Positions 30,812-39,443 of a stretch of DNA of 64,000 nucleotides are shown here, piece by piece. Position 1 is the stretch's first letter, and every line of letters starts with the position of its first letter. The position numbers were made by a program, and so were the translations under genes. The notes below the pieces were generated by a model. The model was given only the letters and a program-made list of their open reading frames with translations. It was not told the DNA's origin and ran no database searches. Origin of the DNA: Campylobacteraceae bacterium (GTDB lineage: Bacteria > Campylobacterota > Campylobacteria > Campylobacterales > BB28); NCBI GenBank assembly GCA_016744535.1, contig JADGEE010000004.1:917-64916 (forward strand), given 5' to 3'.

Positions 30812-31579
30812 ATGAAATTAGTAAATTATGAAGAGTTAAAAAAGAAAATAGTAGGTACAAAGATACCAAAGCCACTTTCTGGTACATTATCAGGTCATGC
30901 AGCAGGTGAACCATTTGATAAACATGTCTATAGCGAAATAAAAAAAGAGTATCCTAATGATACTTTTAGGCAATATGAATATTTAAATTATCTATTTAGT
31001 AAAAACTTAGATGCAGTAGGAGTTAAAGCTAGAAATTCACTGTTTAACTCTCCTACAGTTATGTTCTTATTAAGTAGAGGTAAAAATGCAACTGATAAGT
31101 GGAGTATTGAAAATCCTTTTGAAGAGAAACAAAATGATACAGCTGATATTCTAGTTACAAAAGATGATTTTTTTGAAATTATAGATATAAAAACAAGAAA
31201 TTTATCAAAAAATGCTCAAGCACCAAATATTATATCTGCTTATAAGTTAGCCCAAGTATGTGCAAGAATGATAGATAATAATGAATTCAACTCATTTATA
31301 ATTAACTATTTTGAAATAGATTGGTTATTAGAAGGTAAAGAGTTAGTTTGCAAAGATATATATTATGTTAATTTATTTAAAACAAATCCACAAGATTTAT
31401 ATATTAATTGGGCAGCTGCTATGCAAATACAATTTCATGTATCAAATCTTAAACAAGACTTTCATTTAAATATGGAAGAGTGGGCAATAAAATATTTAAA
31501 ACATTTTGTTAATCAAGCAAAAAAAAGAGCTGATGATATGATTGAGAAGTTTGTTAAACCATTTGAAAAATATATTTAA
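30812..31579 (+). CDS. HincII-family type II restriction endonuclease (predicted GTYRAC)
   Basis: SGTLSGHAAGEPF, EEKQNDTADIL, DIKTRN, APNIISAYKLAQ, WAAAMQIQFHV match R.HincII as I recall it. Confidence 0.9.
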   Translation: MKLVNYEELKKKIVGTKIPKPLSGTLSGHAAGEPFDKHVYSEIKKEYPNDTFRQYEYLNYLFSKNLDAVGVKARNSLFNSPTVMFLLSRGKNATDKWSIENPFEEKQNDTADILVTKDDFFEIIDIKTRNLSKNAQAPNIISAYKLAQVCARMIDNNEFNSFIINYFEIDWLLEGKELVCKDIYYVNLFKTNPQDLYINWAAAMQIQFHVSNLKQDFHLNMEEWAIKYLKHFVNQAKKRADDMIEKFVKPFEKYI

Positions 31580-31597
31580 AGATAAGAGGATTTAAAA

Positions 31598-32473
31598 ATT
31601 AAAGAGTTAGCAATAATTGGAGCAACAGGATCAGGAAAAAGTGATTTAGCGATAAATTTAGCTAAAAAGAGTAACTCTTATATTCTCTCTTTAGATTCAC
31701 TTAGTATCTATAAAGAGATAGATATTGTTTCAGCAAAACCAACTAAGCAAGAGAGAGAAGATATTTTACACTTTGGAATAGATGAAATTTATATTAATCA
31801 ACAATTTTCAGTCTCTACCTTTTTTGAAATTTATAAAAAAGCAAAATCAGAAGCTATAAAAAATGATAAAAACTTAATTATAGTTGGTGGAACTAGTTTT
31901 TATTTAAAAGCTATGATAAATGGGCTTAGTGAAATAAAAATTGAAGATTCTACAAAAGAGATAGTTAAAGGTATTATGATAAATTTAAAGAGTGCGTATC
32001 AAAAATTACAAGAGATTGATAGCCAATATGCTAAAAAAATTTATGAAAATGATAAATATAGAATAGAAAAAGCTTTAAATATATATTATCAAAGTAAAAA
32101 ACCTCCAACTAAATTTTTTGCTGATTCTAAAAAAGATGCTTTAATTAAAAATTTAAAAATTTATGCAATAGAAGTTGATAGAACTATTTTAAGAGAACGA
32201 ATAGCAAAACGAACAGATAAAATGCTAAAACTTGGTTTAATTGACGAAGTTTTTTATCTTGAAAAAAAATATACAAGAAGCCCAAGTTCTATGGGTGCAA
32301 TTGGAATTAAAGAGACACTAGCTTATTTTGATGGAATCTATAATTTAAGTGAATTAAGAGATAAAATTATTATAAATACTTCAAGATTAGCTAAGCGACA
32401 GACTACTTTTAATAAAACTCAATTTAAAGATATCATTAGAGGGAGCGTAGATGATTTACTAATGTCACACTAA
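31598..32473 (+). CDS. miaA: tRNA dimethylallyltransferase; apparent ATT start
   Basis: IIGATGSGKS P-loop, LDSLSIYK, SAKP, VGGTSFYLKA, LAKRQTTF. The in-frame segment from the stop at 31583 has no ATG/GTG/TTG before the P-loop; ATT at 31598 follows AGAGGA. Confidence 0.92.
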   Translation: MKELAIIGATGSGKSDLAINLAKKSNSYILSLDSLSIYKEIDIVSAKPTKQEREDILHFGIDEIYINQQFSVSTFFEIYKKAKSEAIKNDKNLIIVGGTSFYLKAMINGLSEIKIEDSTKEIVKGIMINLKSAYQKLQEIDSQYAKKIYENDKYRIEKALNIYYQSKKPPTKFFADSKKDALIKNLKIYAIEVDRTILRERIAKRTDKMLKLGLIDEVFYLEKKYTRSPSSMGAIGIKETLAYFDGIYNLSELRDKIIINTSRLAKRQTTFNKTQFKDIIRGSVDDLLMSH

Positions 32474-32488
32474 ATTTTAAAATTTAGA

Positions 32489-32733
32489 AAAAGAAAGAGT
32501 AATTTTTACCAATAAAAGCCGTAAAGCCCCCACTTTCAAGTATGGGGATATAAGGCAATAGCAAAATTAATGAAGGGTAAAATCTCGGATTTAAAATTTT
32601 CAAAAATACCATAAAAAAAGAGTTGGGACATCGACTCTTAGGTTAGATACTGTAAGACCTCATAAAGAGGCTCGTATCGCTTGACCCTAGAATTCCCTAG
32701 CTTAGCTATGGGGAGTATGTCAATCTTTCTTTT
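32489..32733. terminator. Bidirectional terminator hairpin split by the mini-IS insertion
   Basis: Deleting 32510-32723 yields AAAAGAAAGAGTAA-TTT-TTACTCTTTCTTTT, a perfect 14-bp stem between convergent miaA and the Spy-like gene. Confidence 0.7.
32510..32723 (+). mobile_element. Non-autonomous IS200/IS605-family (ISHp608-like) mini-element with tnpB 3' remnant and omegaRNA region
   Basis: Target TTAC (32506-09); LE with AAAG (32523-26) plus CCCC..GGGG hairpin; tnpB-tail frame RVGTSTLRLDTVRPHKEARIA* (32619-84); RE with GAAT (32690-93), hairpin and terminal TCAA. Confidence 0.88.
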
Positions 32734-33187
32734 ATCTCATTAACTCTTTTAAAACTTTTTTTGAAGCAAATTCAGTTTTAAACTCTCTCTTTTGTTGTTC
32801 ATCTAGTGTAGAGTAAATTTTTTCTATTAAATCTACTCTGCTTTGAATCTTTTTAGCAGATTTTTTTAAACAAATTGAAGCAAATAAATCTTTATCAAAT
32901 TTAGTTTCTGTCAATGTTTCAATTGGAAACTTTTTATTAGCTTTAGATTCACTCATACTATCTCTAAATTTTTCAACTGCTCTTTTTGCTGTTTTAATTT
33001 GCTCTGCACTTGGTGCTGTTTTTGAGAAAGCATTTAAAATAGCACCTACAAGTTTTCCAGATTTATTTTTATAAGAACTCATCATTTTATGATTTGAACA
33101 ACTCATCCCTATGTTTGTATTTTTACAAGCAAATGCACTTGATGCAAGAATAGTTGCAACTCCTAAAGATATTAATATTTTTTTCAT
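32732..33187 (-). CDS. Exported helical protein, Spy/CpxP-like
   Basis: Signal peptide MKKILISLGVATILASSAFA; LTxxQ-like segments PSAEQ and LDEQQKREF. Confidence 0.55.
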   Translation of the reverse strand: MKKILISLGVATILASSAFACKNTNIGMSCSNHKMMSSYKNKSGKLVGAILNAFSKTAPSAEQIKTAKRAVEKFRDSMSESKANKKFPIETLTETKFDKDLFASICLKKSAKKIQSRVDLIEKIYSTLDEQQKREFKTEFASKKVLKELMR

Positions 33188-33294
33188 AATTTCTCCTTTT
33201 GGTTTTAAAACTACATTTTATACAAAAAATGTAAATAGATAGTTAATAGATTCTATTGTAGAATTTAATTAAACATTAAAATTAGGAAATTAGT

Positions 33295-34437
33295 ATGAAC
33301 ATAAGTGAATTTTTAAATAATAAACCTCTTTTTTATGATGAGATTGATTATACTTTAATGCCGAGGGCATATGAATCTATAAAAGAGTATTTTGATTTTT
33401 CAAATACAAAAATTATTCATATAGTTGGAACTAATGGTAAAGGTACAACTGGAAAATTTTTAGCACATTATCTATTTAAAATGGGTTTTAATGTGGGACA
33501 CTATTTATCGCCTCATATATTGAAATTTAATGAACGAATTTGGATTAATGGAATTGATATAAGTGATGATAAATTAGAGAATATACACCAAAAATTATTA
33601 AATATTTTATCAAAAAATTATATAGAAACACTAAGCTATTTTGAATATACAACTCTTTTAGCATTTTTAGCATTTGAAAATATGGATTATATAGTATTAG
33701 AGGCTGGACTTGGTGGTGAGTATGATGCTACAAATGTACTAAAAAATGATGTTAGTTTAATTACTCCAATTGATTTTGACCATCAAGATTTTTTAGGTAA
33801 CACTATTAAAGAGATTGCTACAACTAAATTAAACTCCATTGATGAAATTGCAATTATTGGAAAACAGATACATAATGAAATTTTTGAAATTGCAAAAAAT
33901 TTAAACAAAAAAATTTATAATTATAGAGAAAATTTTGCTGATGATAGTGATTTAAAAAAATTTATTAAAAGTAAAAAATTCCCACTATTTTTATTAGATA
34001 ATTTAAAATTAGCATTATCAGCTGTTAAGTTTTTTAATTTAAAAATAGATTTAAACTTACTTAGTGATATTAAACTCTTTGGTCGTTTTTACAAATTAGA
34101 GAATAATATTATAATTGATGTAGGACACAATCCACTCTCCGCTAAAGCTATAAGAGATTCTTTAGCAAATATGAAAGTAAATTTAATATATAATAGCTTT
34201 AGCGATAAAGATTATAAAAAAATATTAAAAATATTAAAACCAATTATAGACAGAGTTTTAATAATTAATATTGATAATCCAAGAGTTGAAGAGAAAGCAA
34301 AATTAATAAAAGTATTAAGTGAATTAGATATAGAGTATTCAAATTATAAAAATATTGACAAAAATAAAAATTATTTAGTATATGGTTCATTTCTAGTAGT
34401 AGAAGAGTTTTTAAAAGCGAGGATTGATGAAGAATAG
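33295..34437 (+). CDS. folC: Bifunctional folylpolyglutamate/dihydrofolate synthase
   Basis: IVGTNGKGTT, SPHILKFNERI, SYFEYTT, LEAGLGGEYDATN, DVGHNP. Confidence 0.95.
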   Translation: MNISEFLNNKPLFYDEIDYTLMPRAYESIKEYFDFSNTKIIHIVGTNGKGTTGKFLAHYLFKMGFNVGHYLSPHILKFNERIWINGIDISDDKLENIHQKLLNILSKNYIETLSYFEYTTLLAFLAFENMDYIVLEAGLGGEYDATNVLKNDVSLITPIDFDHQDFLGNTIKEIATTKLNSIDEIAIIGKQIHNEIFEIAKNLNKKIYNYRENFADDSDLKKFIKSKKFPLFLLDNLKLALSAVKFFNLKIDLNLLSDIKLFGRFYKLENNIIIDVGHNPLSAKAIRDSLANMKVNLIYNSFSDKDYKKILKILKPIIDRVLIINIDNPRVEEKAKLIKVLSELDIEYSNYKNIDKNKNYLVYGSFLVVEEFLKARIDEE

Positions 34438-35308
34438 GTTTACAATTACAATTTCAGATATAAGAGAAAGCAAGAGTTATAATGTTCACCAAATTATAAA
34501 AAAAGTAATTATTTACGCAATATTAGTAACAGTAGGTCTTTTAATTACAGGAAGTGTTTTTATTTGGCTTTTATCTACTAAAGTTGAAGGATTAGTAGAT
34601 AAAAAAGAGTTAATGACACAAGATTATAAAGATTTAGAATATGAAAATAATCTTTTAGCTAAGAGAATTTTGCAAAAAAGTGAAGATTTAGATGCTATTA
34701 GTGATAAAGTTAATGATATAGAAGAGTTAATGGGGCTTAAATTTAGTGAAAAGCTTAATTTATTTGAGAGGATTGATTTAGCAAAGATTACAACTCAGCA
34801 AAAACAAAATATGTTAAGACAAATTCCAAGTGGTTCACCAATTGAATTTAAAGGAGTGACTAGTAAATTTGGTTGGAGACAACATCCAATACTTAAGAAA
34901 AAAGAGTTTCACTCTGGACTTGATATGAAAGCTAAAATGAACACAAAAGTTTATGCACCAGCTGATGGTGTAGTTGAGTATGCTAGAAAACATAAAAAGA
35001 GTGGTTATGGAAATTTAATTATTATTTCACATAATTATGGATTTAAAACTCTCTATGGACACTTAAATAAAGTTAAAGTAAAAACTGGTGACATTGTAAA
35101 AAAAGGTGACTTAATTGCCCAAACGGGAAATACAGGACTTAGTAGTGGACCACATTTGCATTATGAAGTAAAATATATTAATATGCCATTAGAGCCTATG
35201 AATTTCATAAATTGGGATATTAAAACTTATGATAAAATTTTTGAAGAAGAGCATAAAGTTAAGTGGAAACCTCTTTTAACTTTAATTAATAGAAGTGTAA
35301 AAAAATAG
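34427..35308 (+). CDS. M23 family metallopeptidase
   Basis: TM anchor, coiled coil, FHSGLD, LYGHL, GPHLHYEV zinc motifs; follows folC as in Campylobacter. Confidence 0.92.
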   Translation: MKNRFTITISDIRESKSYNVHQIIKKVIIYAILVTVGLLITGSVFIWLLSTKVEGLVDKKELMTQDYKDLEYENNLLAKRILQKSEDLDAISDKVNDIEELMGLKFSEKLNLFERIDLAKITTQQKQNMLRQIPSGSPIEFKGVTSKFGWRQHPILKKKEFHSGLDMKAKMNTKVYAPADGVVEYARKHKKSGYGNLIIISHNYGFKTLYGHLNKVKVKTGDIVKKGDLIAQTGNTGLSSGPHLHYEVKYINMPLEPMNFINWDIKTYDKIFEEEHKVKWKPLLTLINRSVKK

Positions 35309-35319
35309 ATTTTTATTTA

Positions 35320-35328
35320 TGTTATAAT
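35320..35328 (+). promoter_or_regulatory. Extended -10 promoter (TGTTATAAT) for the response regulator
   Basis: Exact TGnTATAAT upstream of an AGGAGG SD. Confidence 0.55.
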
Positions 35329-35354
35329 CAAAAATATTATTAAAAGGAGGTATT

Positions 35355-36821
35355 GTGGTTAATTTAAAAGAGATTCGAGAGTTAACCAAAGATTTAATAG
35401 TTTTATATGCAGAAGACCAACCTGAAGCTAGAATTAATATTGAAAATATTTTAAAAAAATTTTTTAAAGAAGTTATAATTGCTGAAAATGGTGAAGAGGG
35501 ATTAGCAAATTTTAAAAAACACCAAATAGATGTAGTTATCACTGATATTAGAATGCCTAAAATGGATGGGCTAGAGATGATAGCTGAAATTAAAAAAATT
35601 GATATAGATATACCTATTATTATCACAACTGCATTTAGTGAAGTTGAATACTTTATGAAATCAATTGAACTTGGAATTGATAAATATATTATAAAACCAA
35701 TCGATAAAAATGTAACTTTAAATGCTTTATATAGTGTAGCTAAGCATATAAATGATAGTAAAAAAGTTAAAGAGTATGAAGAGAAAATGCTTCAAGAAAA
35801 AATAAATAAATTTACAGCTTCAACACTTGAAGGAATTACAAATGCTTATCCAAATCCATCAATTCTGTTTGATGGTGAAAAAATTAAATTTATAAATACA
35901 GCTTTTAGAGAAATATTTAATAGTGATTTACTAAATAGTCTATTTTTAGGTGATATCACGATAGATAATTTATTTGAACAAAGAGAAGGATTTATAAAGA
36001 GTTTAAATGATTTAAGTGGAGATATTAGAAAAGATAGAATCTCTTTACAGACAAAAGATGAAAAAAGAAAAATTTATTTAGTTATTAAAAGAACGGTTGA
36101 TTTAAGTGAAAATAAGAGAAATACTCTTTACACATTTAATGATATTACTCTAAGTGAGTATCAAAAAGTTAAAATAAAAAGTTATGTTAATACTCTCGAA
36201 AAGTATGTATTTAATTTAAAATATAAATTACAAAAAGATAAAATAGAGACAAAAAAAGTTGAGGTTATAGAAAAACAACAAAAAGTTAAAGAGAAAAAAA
36301 AGTTAAATGATAGAGAAGAGATATTGTTAAGACGAGAACACAATAAATCAATAACAAATGCAACTGAATATGTAGAATCATTAGATAGTGATATATTAAA
36401 TGATATAAATGAATTAGCCGAAATTGAAAATAATATTGATGAAGATATTTATATTTTTGAAGATGATAAATCTTTAGCTAATTTACAAAAAATTGCTATA
36501 CAATTTACTTTTTATGCTTCTGTTATTACAAATTTGTTTGAATTTGAAGGATTATCTTATGGAGTTAAATCTTTAGTTTCTCTACTTGAAAATGTAAAAG
36601 AGGAGGATTTAAATGAGAAAAATGCCAAAAAAGTTGCAATATTTTTAAAGACTATTAGAGAAGATTTAACAAATTGGAGAGTTAGTATATTTGAGCAAAA
36701 AAGTGTTCCTGATATTCACTATTTAGATAGTTCGATGTTAAGCTCAATTTTACAAGTTGAAGTTATTTTCAGTCAAAAAGAGGTAGATAGCCAAGAGGAT
36801 GAATTAGATATATTCTTTTAA
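35355..36821 (+). CDS. Response regulator: receiver, PAS-like region and helical C-terminal domain
   Basis: LYAED, ITDIRMPKMDG, TTA, KP receiver motifs; no DNA-binding or enzymatic output recognised. Confidence 0.8.
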   Translation: MVNLKEIRELTKDLIVLYAEDQPEARINIENILKKFFKEVIIAENGEEGLANFKKHQIDVVITDIRMPKMDGLEMIAEIKKIDIDIPIIITTAFSEVEYFMKSIELGIDKYIIKPIDKNVTLNALYSVAKHINDSKKVKEYEEKMLQEKINKFTASTLEGITNAYPNPSILFDGEKIKFINTAFREIFNSDLLNSLFLGDITIDNLFEQREGFIKSLNDLSGDIRKDRISLQTKDEKRKIYLVIKRTVDLSENKRNTLYTFNDITLSEYQKVKIKSYVNTLEKYVFNLKYKLQKDKIETKKVEVIEKQQKVKEKKKLNDREEILLRREHNKSITNATEYVESLDSDILNDINELAEIENNIDEDIYIFEDDKSLANLQKIAIQFTFYASVITNLFEFEGLSYGVKSLVSLLENVKEEDLNEKNAKKVAIFLKTIREDLTNWRVSIFEQKSVPDIHYLDSSMLSSILQVEVIFSQKEVDSQEDELDIFF

Positions 36822-36850
36822 AATTTAAATTATTAATAGATGGGAGTTAA

Positions 36851-37483
36851 ATGAAAATTTTTGATTTAATGAAAGGGAATCAATCCTTTCAAAATGTATA
36901 TTTTGAAAACCACGAAAAAGAGTTTTTAGATTTAGTAAATCACGGACAAGAACCAAAGGTTTTGTTTATTGGTTGTAGTGATTCAAGAGTAATCCCTAGT
37001 TTAATTATGGGTACAAAACCTGGAGAACTTTTTGTAATTAGGAATATAGGTAATTTTGTACCACCATATTCACCTGATGATGATTATCACGGAACCGCTG
37101 CTGCGATTGAATATGCCGTTAATGTTTTAAATGTAGAGGATATTATAGTTTGTGGACATACTCATTGTGGAGCGTGTGAGAGTCTTTTTAAACCTAGAAA
37201 TAAAGATTTACCACACGTCAATAAGTGGTTAGAGTTAGGTAATAAAGCAAAAGAGATAGCACTTTCAAAAAATATAAGTGATAATGATGAAAAATTAAGA
37301 TTAACAGAGCAAATTTCTATAGTTCTTCAAGTTGAAAATTTATTGACTTATCCATATATAAAAGAGAGAGTTAAAGATAAAAAAATATTTATTCACGGAT
37401 GGTATTATATTATCGAAAAAGGTGAACTTGAGTATTATAACTCTAAAACACAATCTTTTGAGCCTTTAGATTCTATGTCCTAA
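36851..37483 (+). CDS. Beta-class carbonic anhydrase
   Basis: IGCSDSRV, RNIGN, CGHTHCGA zinc motifs. Confidence 0.95.
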   Translation: MKIFDLMKGNQSFQNVYFENHEKEFLDLVNHGQEPKVLFIGCSDSRVIPSLIMGTKPGELFVIRNIGNFVPPYSPDDDYHGTAAAIEYAVNVLNVEDIIVCGHTHCGACESLFKPRNKDLPHVNKWLELGNKAKEIALSKNISDNDEKLRLTEQISIVLQVENLLTYPYIKERVKDKKIFIHGWYYIIEKGELEYYNSKTQSFEPLDSMS

Positions 37484-37510
37484 TTATTAGAGTAATAAAA
37501 GAGGTAGAAA

Positions 37511-38656
37511 ATGGCTTTAGATATAAATAAAATTCATACTCCTTGCTATGTTTGTGAGGAGAAATTACTCCAAAAAAATTTAGACTTATTAAATTTAGTT
37601 CAAGTAGAGTCAGGAGCTAAAATTCTTTTAGCACTAAAGGGTTTTTCTATGTGGTCTACATTTGCTCAAGTTGGTAAAATTTTATACGGAACAGCTGCAA
37701 GTGGACTTTGGGAAGCAAAACTTGGACGAGAAGAGATGAATAGGGAAGTTCATACATTCTCACCTGCTTTTATTGAAGAGGAAATTGATGAAATTTGTAA
37801 AATATCAGAACATATCATATTTAACTCATTTTCTCAATGGAAAAGATTTAGAAACAAAGTAAAAAATGTTAAATGTGGAATTAGGATAAATCCCCAGTAT
37901 TCCGAAGTTACACCTGAAATTTATAACCCTTGTGTTGTTGGAAGTCGCTTTGGAGTAACGAAAGATAATTTTGATAGAGAAGTTGAAGCAGATCCAACTA
38001 TATTAAATGGAATTAGTGGACTTCATTTTCATACTCATTGCGAACAAAATTCGGATGCCTTGGAGCGAACTTTAGTTCATATTGAACAAAAATTTGGAAA
38101 ATACATTGAGAATTTAGAGTGGATAAATTTTGGTGGAGGACATCATATTACACGAAAAAATTATGATATAGAGAAGTTAATAAAAATAATAAAAAAATTT
38201 AAAACTAAATATAATAATATCGAAATCTATTTAGAACCAGGGGAAGCCATTGGTTGGCAAGTTGGTTTTTTAATAGCTAGTGTAATTGATATTGTTAATA
38301 ATGGAATGAATATTGCTATACTTGATGTATCAGCATCAAATCATATGCCAGATTGTTTAGAGATGCCTTATCGTCCAGATATTAGAGGCAGTGGAGAAAT
38401 TAGTGAATTTAATCACAGTTATCGTTTAGGAGGACCTACTTGCTTAGCAGGTGATGTGATTGGTGATTACTCATTTAAAGAGCCTCTTAAAGTTGGTGAT
38501 AAATTGATATTTGAAGATATGATTCACTATACATTTGTTAAAAGTAATACTTTTAATGGAATAAAACTCCCCTCTCTTGGAATTTGGACAAAAAATGATG
38601 AATTTAAATTAGTTAAAAAGTTTTCTTATGAAAATTATAAAAATAGACTCTCTTAA
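37511..38656 (+). CDS. nspC: Carboxynorspermidine decarboxylase (canonical copy)
   Basis: LALKGF PLP lysine, HFHTHCEQN, FGGGHHIT, EPGEA, HMPDCLEMPY, GPTCLAGD, HYTFVK.NTFNG. Confidence 0.93.
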   Translation: MALDINKIHTPCYVCEEKLLQKNLDLLNLVQVESGAKILLALKGFSMWSTFAQVGKILYGTAASGLWEAKLGREEMNREVHTFSPAFIEEEIDEICKISEHIIFNSFSQWKRFRNKVKNVKCGIRINPQYSEVTPEIYNPCVVGSRFGVTKDNFDREVEADPTILNGISGLHFHTHCEQNSDALERTLVHIEQKFGKYIENLEWINFGGGHHITRKNYDIEKLIKIIKKFKTKYNNIEIYLEPGEAIGWQVGFLIASVIDIVNNGMNIAILDVSASNHMPDCLEMPYRPDIRGSGEISEFNHSYRLGGPTCLAGDVIGDYSFKEPLKVGDKLIFEDMIHYTFVKSNTFNGIKLPSLGIWTKNDEFKLVKKFSYENYKNRLS

Positions 38657-38666
38657 AAGGTAGTAA

Positions 38667-39410
38667 ATGGATATATTAGATTTTTTAAGGAAAAATTCAA
38701 GATATAAATCAATGGAAACAGAAAAATTAAAAGAGTTAGATGTTATAGATTTTAGTTGGAATCCTATTGATAAAGTGGTGGATTCAATTACAGATTTAAA
38801 AAAATTAAGAGAAATTAAATTCTCTTGGTGTGAATTAAAAGAGTTTCCATTAGCTTTAATTAAAATTAACGAATTAGAGATATTAGATCTTTTTGAGAAT
38901 GAAATTAAAGTTATCCCTTTAGAAATTGCAAATTTAAAAAATTTAAAATCTATGGATTTAGGTAATAATAAATTAACTTCTTTACCTAATGAAATTGGAG
39001 AATTAGAATCACTTGAGTGGCTAGGAGTGGCTTATAATGATTTAACATCTTTAGCAGATGGATTTAAAAATTTAAAAAATATAAAAGCCATAGAATTTGC
39101 AGCAAATAAATTCGAAAAATTTCCTAATTCTATCTGTAATTTAGAAACACTAGAGTGGCTTAGTCTAGCTCATAATAAATTAAAAAATATTCCTGATTGT
39201 GTAGAGGGAATGGAAAATTTAAAAGTATTAAATATTAGTTGGAATAAGATTGAAACTTTTCCAAATTCACTTTTAAATTTAAAAAATTTAGAACATCTAT
39301 TAATTGATACAGTTCTTATAAATAAAGAGATAGATAGTATAAAAAATTTAGTAGCCCAAAATAAAAATTTAATTATTTATGATGAGAGAGAAGAGGTAGT
39401 TCAATTATAA
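38667..39410 (+). CDS. Leucine-rich repeat protein
   Basis: About eight 23-aa repeats of LxxLxLxxNxLxxLP type; no signal peptide. Confidence 0.9.
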   Translation: MDILDFLRKNSRYKSMETEKLKELDVIDFSWNPIDKVVDSITDLKKLREIKFSWCELKEFPLALIKINELEILDLFENEIKVIPLEIANLKNLKSMDLGNNKLTSLPNEIGELESLEWLGVAYNDLTSLADGFKNLKNIKAIEFAANKFEKFPNSICNLETLEWLSLAHNKLKNIPDCVEGMENLKVLNISWNKIETFPNSLLNLKNLEHLLIDTVLINKEIDSIKNLVAQNKNLIIYDEREEVVQL

Positions 39411-39443
39411 GTTTTACTCCGTCATTTAATATCTCTACCTCTT

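Noticed and set aside
32470-32487. 18-bp palindrome CTAAATTTTAAAATTTAG at the miaA stop
   Set aside because: Almost entirely A/T and plausible by chance; the split 14-bp stem nearby better explains termination.
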